A stretch of 64,000 nucleotides of DNA from Paragordius varius (taxonomy: Eukaryota; Animalia; Nematomorpha): assembly GCA_964247055.1 (NCBI GenBank), contig OZ176056.1, positions 4,092,001 to 4,156,000 of the forward strand, in the 5' to 3' direction. Position numbers and translations under genes: made by a program. How positions within the stretch are numbered: the stretch's first letter is position 1; every line of letters starts with the position of its first letter. Shown piece after piece: positions 50,201 to 61,119 of the stretch. Below the pieces are notes generated by a model. The model saw only the letters and a list, made by a program, of their open reading frames with translations, searched no databases and was not told the DNA's origin.

Positions 50201-53078
50201 ACATTGGAATATATAGTGCACACAGATGAATCTCAATTTATAAAAATAACAAACATATTATCAATTTATTAACAAAAATATATAAAGAATCCCAAATAAA
50301 AATTATGGTTCAACTAGATATATACATGATATTTATAAAAAAATTAATCGATAAAATAATTGTACCATCAGTATCAGCTAAAGAAATATATTATATTATA
50401 AAAAATTAAAAAAATACCCATTCGGGAGATATCTAAGCATTTCCAAATAAAAAATAAAGGAAAAAGCGTTAAAATTATCAAAACTAAAAATAAATTAGCA
50501 AAAATTTTACAGGCCTGAATTTCATCCGCATGGGTTAGATCCGGTGGGATTTCTAATCGATTAGGGTATTAAAAATTTATTTTCATTAGCGAATAAGTAA
50601 AATAAAATTAATTTTAATATACCAGGTGCATGAGACGTTACAGCTTCTATAATTTAATAAAAATCTTAATATTTTATATACGGTGGATAATAAACTTTTT
50701 TTAGATTTTAAAGTTATTCTATTAATTTATAATTGTTTAAAGTTGAGTGACTTCACAAAAACTTAATAGTTTGAGGGCTTTCAGAAACCCTTATAACAAA
50801 ACCAAAAATATAATTTAGATTGATCATTTTATATTTTAAAATTTAACCCTAAAATGATATAAAAAATTTGATACCTTATCAAAAATACTGTCATTAATTG
50901 AGTGTATTAAAAATTAATTTGTCATGGAAAATGAGGGTCCAATATACATACAGCATAAAAGTTATATAAAAATAAAAAAAAAACTACCTTGAATATTACT
51001 GATTACTTAAAATCAAAATAAAATTTAATATATACCCGATGCATCGGTGTCAATATCTAAAATTCAAATATGATTAATTTATGCCTAAATGACATCAAAA
51101 ATAAGAATTATACTTTCAATTATTTCTTTGAGGACTTAATTATTATAATAATGAGATAAAAGAAAATTGATATATAAGGATATAATTAAAATATAATGTC
51201 TTTGATGGGGTTATGATGAAGTTATTACCGTGTATGTGACCGTTCCCAAAAATAACCAGTCATATGATTTAAATTTAAATATATGCTTCGCTCTATAAAA
51301 TAAATATAAAATCATGGATGTTTATAAAATTTAAATTAATTGAGAATTAATTACTGAAGTTTTATATTTTAAAAAATAAGTTTTCGAAATTATTTCCGCA
51401 AAAGATTGCATTTTTAAGCGGATTATTTATTAACAGGTTTAACACCCAACCCTACTAATGTATTTTGGTTTAGTTACCATTTAATTGATTTTTCAAATCT
51501 TTATGGATAGAGGAATATATTTATTGACATATTAAAATGTACTTGCAATGAAATCTAAGGATTTAATGTGATATAAATAAAGTGGGGAAAATAGAATCAA
51601 AAATTTATTTGGTTAATAATTAATTACCCGATTCAATTAAGAGTTGATGTCCCACACTACCATCAGCTAAATATTTTTGATTATTTTAAAACAAATCGCA
51701 TACCTGAGACAACTATAATTTGATAATAAAATATTTTTACTGAATTAAAATTGTTAGCAACAAAAGTTTAAAAAATGTTTGGATAACTTTTATGTAATTA
51801 GTTTGTGTGAGTTAGGTTAACGTCGGATTTAATTTTTGTTTAAAAATTATAAAAAATATCTTACGATATTATATAATTATTAATAAAAGCCTGAATTTGA
51901 TTTTTTCTAAGTTAAATCTAAATTATTTCAATCCGATAGCATTCAACCATAAATTTTTAAAAAGGCCAAAAATTTAATGCAAGTTAATAAACTGTTTCCA
52001 TTAAAGCATTTGTTGGGAAAATAATACCGCTTACATAAATAAATAGAATTAACCTTAGGTATTTTGATAATTAATTTAATAGGGGTTTATCTAATTTTTA
52101 CCTTGAGCTATATGTTGGGCACCTAAAATAATTAATTAAGTTTTATTATTTATTATGGTAAAATATTTTATTTATATGCACATTAACGCAAGTTTTTGGT
52201 TATTTTCTTATATGCATGCATTACCCTAATTTTTTTGAGTTCTAAAAGCCGGTGACTTGTACTATCCAAAAATACGCAAACTTTAACAATTAAATTTTTT
52301 GGCTTTAAATTTAGTTAACTATGTTGTAAATTCGGGTTTATAGAAAATAAATCTTTTTTATATAGCATGATGTCAAATTTATTTAAAACTGTGATGCAAA
52401 ATGCTTAAAAACCTCTTTTAATAAAATTTTCATTAATTTAGTTATTTATTTAACTTTTTAAACTTAAAAAAATATTTTTTGCACCAATGGAAACATATGA
52501 ACTTAACACCAGGTTTTCTGATTTTAACATCTTTTATGCATTACTTAAGTTACCGATAAAATCAACTAATTTTAAAAGTAATTTATAGAAAAGTGCCAAT
52601 TTAATTCGTTTATATATTGTGAAAAGTGTTTTTAAGATTTTTTTTGTTTTAAAAATTATAATTATTATACTTTCGCTAATAGCTTCTCCAACTTTATGAA
52701 GAAATATAATGTGTAAAAAAAATTAACAGCTAAAATACTATTTATCAGATTTTCCGCCTCTATTATAAAGTATAAAAATGGTTTTAATCCATATAAAAAT
52801 ACCAATATTAAAATATATATATTTATATATACCAATCCGTATATTTTCTAAATCTTAAGTAATAATTTTTATTATGCTTTGCCACAAAATACTTGACTCA
52901 ATTACTCGACTTACTATATGATGGAAGATTTTAAAAAATTAAATTTTTTATAAAGGATTTAAAAACAGAAATAAAACTTGAACTAGGCATGGTTACTATA
53001 TATATAATTTATGTGAAATTATATTTAATTTATATAATTTAAACCAAAATTTGTTAATTAACTATTTTAATTCTTTAA

Positions 53079-53548
53079 CACTTCGATTCAAATTGGGATA
53101 TCTAAATACCCCAGATTAAACTTGAGTATTTTTAAAAAAGTACCGAAAACGGTCCTAATTTAAATTTATGCTTCTATCCTAATTAAAATTATATAAATAA
53201 ATAGCTAAATAAAATTTTATTTTGAAAAAAAATTCCATGTCAAAGTACTTCGACGCCATTTTTATTTCGCAAAATTTTTGCAAAATATCGCCTTCATTTA
53301 ATTTTAAGGGTAAAATTAAAGCTAGTTTTTTATTTAAATTACATCTAACATTGATAATAGAAAAAGCGGTTTATTTTGTATTAGTTTTCAATTTTACCAT
53401 TGCACACATGTCACGTAGACTAAATTACCTTTTGGTTTTAGTTTAAAATAAGTAATATCAAATATTTTTGAATAAAGTTAACAGACCTGGGGTATTAACT
53501 ACCCCAATTTGAATCGAAGGACTAAAAGGAATGTGTTGTATCCAAGTG
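53079..53548. mobile_element. MITE family A (piggyBac-like) with intact TTAA TSDs
   Basis: TTAA|cactt ... aagtg|TTAA, with subterminal inverted repeat cttcgattcaaattggg / cccaatttgaatcgaag. It explains the spurious ORF 53222-53446. Confidence 0.85.
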
Positions 53549-53637
53549 TTAATATTACCGGGTTCTATTTCCATTTGGGGATTACCTACATATAGCAATT
53601 TTTATTTAGGATATATTTAAAAATTTATAAATTTGAA

Positions 53638-54831
53638 CACTGTGCGCAAAAAAGAGGGTTAATTTTTTTTAAAATTTTTTTTTTAATCAGATAGCTTATG
53701 ACCAGTGAATTCATTTGCCTAAAAAATTTAATTTGACGACCTAGTTTTTAAAATAAAGAGAATATCGAAATCGGGCAAAAAGTGAAAATTAAGGATAATT
53801 TAAAAAATAATGATAGAAACTGAGATGTTATGGTTGATTATCATCGAGATATTTTCTATATATAGATAAGAGATAAAATTATATAAATAGGGTTTCCATA
53901 AAAAGTCAGCTCAAAAGATCTTTCTTTTAACACACTTAAAAGTCAAAAAAAATTTTATGAAACTATATTAAAATAATTTTTCATAATTATTTACTAGCTA
54001 AACTCATTTATCAAAATAAAACCAAAATATATTGTTTTTTATTTTTACATTTTTTTGTCATCTGGATCGTGAGTGTATAAAAAATTTATACTGTTTTATT
54101 TTGGATTCTTACATGAGTCGGAATTATTAAGTATATAATTTATGCAAAATAGGATTTAAAAGTAGTGGAATATCAACCAAAAATCTATCCCTGTAACAAG
54201 ACTGTTGTATGACAAATTAATATATGTATTGTGATTGGTACGGATTGGTTGATATTCCACTAATTTTAAATCCTATTTTGTAAAAATTATTTACTTAATA
54301 ATTCCCACTCATGTAATTCCAAATTAAAACAGTATAAATTTTTTATAAACTCACAAACCAGATGACAAAAAAATGTAAAAATAAAAAACATTATTTTTTG
54401 GTTTTATTTTGATATATAAGTTTTTAACTGAAAAAATATGGATGTTAAGATTTTTATGTGAGTTTAGCTAGAAAATAATTAAAAAAAATATATTAATATA
54501 ATTTAATAAAAAAATTTGTCTTAAGATTGTGTTAAAAGAAAAACCCATCTTTGCTTATATTTTATAGAAATCCCTAACTATATAATTTTAGGCTATTTAT
54601 ATATTAAAAATATCTCCTAAAATTTAATAAACCATAATATTTTAAATTTTATCATTATTTTTTGAATTATCTCAATTATGCTTAATTTTCACTTTTTGCC
54701 CGATTTTGATTTTCTTTCTATATTTTATAAACTAGGTTGTCAACAAATTATAATTTTGGCGGCAAATGAATTCACTGGTCATAAGCTATAAAAAAATTTT
54801 GCCAAATCAAAATGATTTTTTGCACACAGTG
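53638..54831. mobile_element. About 1.2-kb foldback element (near-full-length imperfect palindrome)
   Basis: Ends cactgtgcgcaaaaaa / ttttttgcacacagtg. Inverted identity continues (atagcttatgaccagtgaattcatttgcc; aatcgggcaaaaagtgaaaattaag; tttttgtcatctgg; agtggaatatcaacca) to a loop at about 54190-54240. Confidence 0.85.
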
Positions 54832-55351
54832 TATATATTTAAACTGAGATATCAGAGGAAGTTTAGAAAATTTTTAATGTAATTCAGATGTTTAAAGTAA
54901 AAAGAAATTATACAGACAAAACTCAATAATATAAAGAATAATATTTTTTTCTGAAAGACAACCATTTTAAAACTTGTTTCTTTTTATATATAACTAACTC
55001 ATTTTTATAAATGGCAAAGTGTAAAATAGAGCTGTTATTAACTCAATCAATTTCATATTTTACAATTATAAAGAAACAGCTTATATGGAAAAAATAAGGT
55101 ATGAAAAAGTATGATTGTCTTGACTATATTTTTTACGTTTTGTTTGTATAAACAATTTTTACTGTATATGTAATAGAAGGTTAAAAAAGGTTTCAGGTAT
55201 AGCCTTATAAAATGGTTAGAAACATGTTTAGTACAGTTATATCACTTAATCTAGAGACAAATTTCCATTAATTTGTGTTACTTTATTTTTTTTGCTGATA
55301 ATACAGAATCTAATAAATTCTATGTTAAATTTAATAAGTGAAAAAAATTAC

Positions 55352-57929
55352 TTGAATCAGTATCAATCGTATCAACAGATTCCACATCGTTTTCTATCAA
55401 AAAATGTTACATAGGAATTCGCGCAAACATAGAAAAATCAAATGTCCATTTTTTAATAAAAAATCATCAGTTTTTTTCAAAATTTACTTTATAAGATTAT
55501 TAATCCATAAGTTCAAAATTTTTTATATATCTCCAAAATTTAAATATCTAAGTTGATAACTATTGGTGTAAAAATGCTATTAAACCTAATATTCATATAA
55601 ATAAAATTAAAAATCATATATAACTAAATACTAATACATAACCTAAATTAACTTTAATTTTTTAGATACTTATAAAAATATGTAATTTTTATTCAATTTT
55701 TATTTAGGGATTCGGAATACTCCGTATAAACAAGACGGTAACCTAATGTGACTATAGTATCCTCTGACAAAACATTTAAAATAATATTAATAACACGTAG
55801 GATGAATACCAAAAATAAGTTTGTTAATGTTTGCTAAAAAAATCAAGTACCAATCTGCAAATTCTCATCAACAACATTGATGTCATCTAAAACAAATATA
55901 TAAATTATATTGATAATGTCATTTAAAACAAATATATAAAAGCTCGATTTGAGTCTTAAGCCGTTTAAAATAGGCCTTATTAATATGGTAAAATAAATTG
56001 ACCAAATATCAGGTAAACTAAGTTAATCACGTTAATGATTTTGATACAAACTCCTTATATTTTTAAATATATAGTTGACACTCCATGATGTTTGAGTATA
56101 TTTCACAGCGATTTAAAATCTCAATAAGTATTCCAAATATTAAATCCAAAAATATGCTTTCTTTAGCCTTTTAGGTGCATTATACATTTTTTAAAATATC
56201 TTTTTTAAATTTTTTAATCGCTAAAGGAACATGCAATTAAATGTATATTATGGTTGGAAAATCTAAATATTTAACTTTAAAAAGCTTTCAGGCTTACCAT
56301 TATAAGCGGTTTGTTACAATCGTGTTTGGAGCTGTGCCAATTTTTAACTCTAGGAGCCACAAAACTGAAATTAACTTTTTTATAATACCTGAGATCAATG
56401 TTTGATAATTAAATTTTAACTAAAATAACAAAACTATAGTTTATTTACAAAATTAGACTTTGGGGTATAAAACTACCCCAATATGTCAACTAGGACAAAA
56501 GAGTGAAAAGGTCATGACCACACGTTTAAAACGATATAGAATGCATAAAATTTTGTCTAATACCAAACGATATAATGGTTAGGATATTTGGATTTTAAAT
56601 GGTGGGATAGAGAACTAAATCAAAAGGTAATGTAATGTTAACAGTGAAAAAAACGCCGTTGGAACACCATCGGCTCAATGTACAACACTGATATATAAAA
56701 TATAAATTTAATTAAATAAGATAAACCAGAATTTTCATCTGCTAAATCAATAGTTGGATCATTATTTTCCGTATCATCGCTTGTTGAATCATGCTCTGAA
56801 AAGGGATATAAAAATACATATATTTTATAGTCCCTCTAAGTTAATTGTATTAAGTTTGAGTTTTAAACACTTTGAAATTCTATATAATCATTACATGATT
56901 ATCAAGGACGTTAAGTTTAAGTATTCAATAATTTTAATTGTTAATTTTAAATGGATTAGTATATATTGGACAAATGTTTCTATCTAAAGTTTACAGGTTG
57001 TAACACGCTTACGGGCGAAATGGCTCCAATTCGGATTCCTAAATAAAAACCTCAACACATGATAAAAAATATTCAATGTTTTGAAACCGCGTGTTTAGAT
57101 TCTAACAGTTCCAAAAAACTAACCCTTTTGATTCTACAAAAAACGGTTTTTCTTTTGACATTTGAGTGTATTTTGAGTAATAAACATTATGAAAAATAGA
57201 TAGTAAAACATCAATGATTACCATTATCAATCTCTGGATGGGGTTCATCCACATTTAATTCAACTTGCAAAAATATTAAGATCACATATTATCAATTGTA
57301 TTTTATTAGAAAGGTTTTGGCCATTAAAAAATATATACCTGATGCGTCCAAATTCGATACTTCAAGCAGATGTTTTGCTGCTGCTATTCCTGCCCCAGCC
57401 AAGATGGCACCACCTTTGTAATTTTTGAAAATAATTTATTTCTAGTAAAAAAAATTTAGGGTTATTGCCGCCATACACGAAAATCAAATGTAAAAAAATT
57501 AGCTAAAAACTTGTTTTATTATTATACATGTGTTATTAGATAAAAAAGTTTATGATTTTTGATTTTTATATTACTCAAGAGTTTATGAATAGATGATGAT
57601 CTATATATGGTGGGTTTGTTTGCCTACTATTATATGATACAAGATATTACAACAAGCTTAAATTATTCAAACCTTTTGTAAAAAATCTTTGAGCAAACTC
57701 GAAGTTTTAGACAAAACATTTATTTATACCCTAATAAGTTATAAAATTTTATTATTCCGACGATAAAGATAATTTAAACCAAAATGATTATACAAATATG
57801 GTTCAATAATTTTTTTCTTGATCAATTTATTTTAATAAAATTGTCTGCATGCTATAATAATTATTCTTAAATATGTATACATACATTACGATTGGTTAAA
57901 AATAATTTAAAAACTACCAACAATTGTTC

Positions 57930-57968
<39 letters not shown>

Positions 57969-58605
57969 AGGGATAAGTTTTTGGTTAATTTAACGGTGTA
58001 TTAACTATGTGGCTTATGATGTTGTACATTTATTTATGCACGATAAATGAAGGCGCTAGTTTTTTAAGGTTAAGGAAATCTTCTCACAAATTTCGACAGA
58101 GAGTTAACAAAATTTTTTCACTTTTTTCTATTTCATTCTTAATGTAAATTAAATGAATTAAACATAGATCTAAATATTTCTTATGAAATATGAAGTCGTG
58201 AGCATTTTTCCCGTGACATATTTATATATCACATGGCAATATTAACTTAAAGTAAATAAAATATTTGACAAGGAGGTGAAACGCGTAAAAATATTTTCTA
58301 ATGAATATATTTTTAGAAATTTATCTAAATAATATTTTTATAGATTTAGATTTGGAGGACAACAATGACTGTTTTTTTACTTTAAATAAATACCTGCCAA
58401 AGCGTCATCTTTGGAAACTATTTAATTTAAATATATTAATTTTTAAAGTTAAAATATCAAAACTTTTACTTAGTCTGGTTTCCCTACTGGTGTTAACATG
58501 ATTAAAATCTAAAATTAACATTGATATTTAAACTTATCACAGGTGGAATTTCAACAGATTCATTATTGTCTATCTTGGGAATAGGTAGTTTTATTGTGGA
58601 ATCGT
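55352..58605 (-). CDS. Probable micro-exon gene for an acidic low-complexity protein (internal exons only; ends not resolved)
   Basis: Nine yAG/GT-bounded exons, all phase 1-1 and multiples of 3: 58605-58534 (72), 58508-58470 (39), 58417-58394 (24), 57413-57339 (75), 57263-57222 (42), 56795-56727 (69), 55886-55851 (36), 55763-55743 (21), 55393-55352 (42). No homolog recognised. Confidence 0.5.
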
Positions 58606-58917
58606 CTATAAAAAAATATTTGGAATGCTTATTAGTAAGGTTAAATTTTAATTTTTTTAATAATAATGTATAAAGGAGGACACGGGCATATGACAAATCT
58701 ATTAATAATATTTTTGATAACCAATTAGTTTTAAAACACCATTTAAAATTTATAAAAATGAACTTTGTTTTAGATTAAGTACATTTCTATACATGAAGTA
58801 TTGATGCTTAGCTTGCGGTTTTTTTAATGATTGGTTCTGATATTAAATACTTATTATTATAATAGCCAATATTATAAATAAGTATAAATTTAAATCTCAA
58901 CTGAATAAAATAAAAAA

Positions 58918-59117
58918 GTACCAATTAAACCCAAATTAATTCTTGAACAATTTAAATTTACCCTAGAAAAATTCAAATTCACCCTCGAACAATTTATATT
59001 CACCATAAAATAAATTGTGTTTTTTAAGATTAAAAATTACCTTATCCCGAAACATATGATTTATTTTTAGGGCTACTTTAAATTGTTTAAGGGTGAATTT
59101 GAATTGTAAATGGTATA
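58918..59117. mobile_element. MITE family B, copy 6 (internally deleted)
   Basis: aaattcaccctcgaacaatttatattcacc ... aagggtgaatttgaattgtaaatggtata. Confidence 0.8.
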
Positions 59118-61119
59118 TTTTGGTTGAAATATATATTTATATATATATATATATATTCTGTTAGAAAATATCAGGTTTTTAATGAGCTTTAAATAAGAGT
59201 CATTTTACAGTTTTAATTTACACTTTTGTGACGATTGCACTGTAACGAAAAATCGTCAAAGAGCGCACATTATATCAATTATATATATATTTTGGTAAAT
59301 TTAAATGTTTAAAAAGCAGAATTTTTTAAGTTGTGCTCCAAAAATCTCAAATTTCTTCGCTAAGCTTTTTAATATGTTGAAACGAAGGGTATTATACTTG
59401 ACTCATTATGTTATAGTGATTATATTAGTTTTATAGACAAAAATAGGGATAAATTATAGTTATTATAACAGTTTTAAATTCTTGGGCTTATTACAATTTT
59501 ATACTTTTTATTTTTACTGTAAATATAATGTAAGTAAGTTTGAAGCAAATCGATATTTTTTATTTTCATCAAAAAGGAGGATGGCAAACATTATGATGTC
59601 AAATATGTCCATCCTTTAATCCATAAAATTATCCTAATGGAAACATAGATAAAATTCAATCTTTTTCTATAAGGAATCATATATATATATATATTTATTC
59701 GACATAAACTCGGATACCCTCTATTACCAAAGATATATAAAACAATGTCAAAATCAGATATACTCACTAAAAAAATTAAAAGGCCTCAAAAAATATTTAT
59801 CAAGGGCCTGCGCACCATATAATACCGATAAAAAGTTCATATCTGTTTAACACATTTGCCGATAGTTTTTAAAAAATTAATAAACACTTTGGGCAATAAA
59901 AAAGCAGTCTTAGGGCCGCGGTTTGAGTACCACTATTTTAAATGCTCAAATAGTTCGTTAAATGAAATAAAAATTATAGTTAATGTTACAAATATGGCAG
60001 ATGCCCTGGAAAAAGAAGCAGGTTGAATGAAAAATTGTGTTAAGCTTATTTAAAACTAAAAACAATAATTGATATGGATACGAGTGTTAAATTTTACCAA
60101 TCCACACAAAGTAGAATTAATGAGCTATCTATAAAAAAATCTAGCGCATATTTTGTGTCGTTTTGGTTTGGTAGAACTTCTATCGAACTAGTTTAACCAT
60201 TAATTAGTTATTCCAAGATACAATTGACCCCAAAAAAATAATACATAAGAGAGAGTGTTTTAGAACCAAGGGTCTGAAGTTTGACCAATAAAATTTAATA
60301 GTTGATAGGAAGGCGTATGAATTATGGAATAAAAAAATTATTGGCAAAACATATTAATAAGCATAAATTTGCCCAAATTATTTGATATCAACTTTATTAA
60401 ACCAATATTCATCATTATTTCTATCAGGTTATAAACAGATCAGGTTTTAACTCATTATTTTTTAATATACCACACAGCGGATCATGTATGCAATGATAAC
60501 CATACAATAACCCTAATTAATACACAATTTTCTGACCAAAGGGTGTAATAAGGTTCTAAAAGATAAAAACCCGAAACCACATTCTATAAAATCATATAAT
60601 ATACGACATTGTGATGCTTTTAAAATTTTACCAAATATTTGAGTTTTCAGAATCGAAACACAGTTGTGATATAAGACCGTCCGTTATTTTGAATATACTA
60701 AAAACTTGGAAAATAAAAAGGCTTTATAAATAGGATACATAGACAAACGCTATGCTCTATCATGCTAACAATGGTTTAAATATAAATTGATAATAAAGGT
60801 TAATTTTACAATTGATCTCATCACCATAAGGTATTATTACCGTGATATGTTTTTTTGTTAGTATTATATACATCTTTTATCTAAAATTATCTTGCCAAAA
60901 TAAAAATTCATTTTTTTGGTTATCCATACTCTATGTTTAATATCAAATACAGAAACATCAAAAATGGCAAATGGTTTCTATACTAATCGCTGAAAAACTG
61001 TCTATAAAATCAGTTTTACACAATAATTGCAGTATATTTATTGCTTCAAAATATTGGCTATCACATTTCCTCTTCATACATATACACATTGTTTTGTATA
61101 AAAGATGAGAAGAACGAAT

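Noticed and set aside
12987-53446. Short F/I/K/Y-rich ORFs such as 12987, 26415, 26465, 28435, 34561, 45968, 49553 and 53222
   Set aside because: They overlap MITEs, inverted repeats or AT-rich introns, and their composition reflects base bias.
58369-58393. Another exact 25-nt GT-AG segment after the ISKDDALA micro-exon
   Set aside because: Splicing it leads to VIVVLQI-stop, whereas joining to 57413 reads on naturally. It may be chance or an alternative terminal exon.
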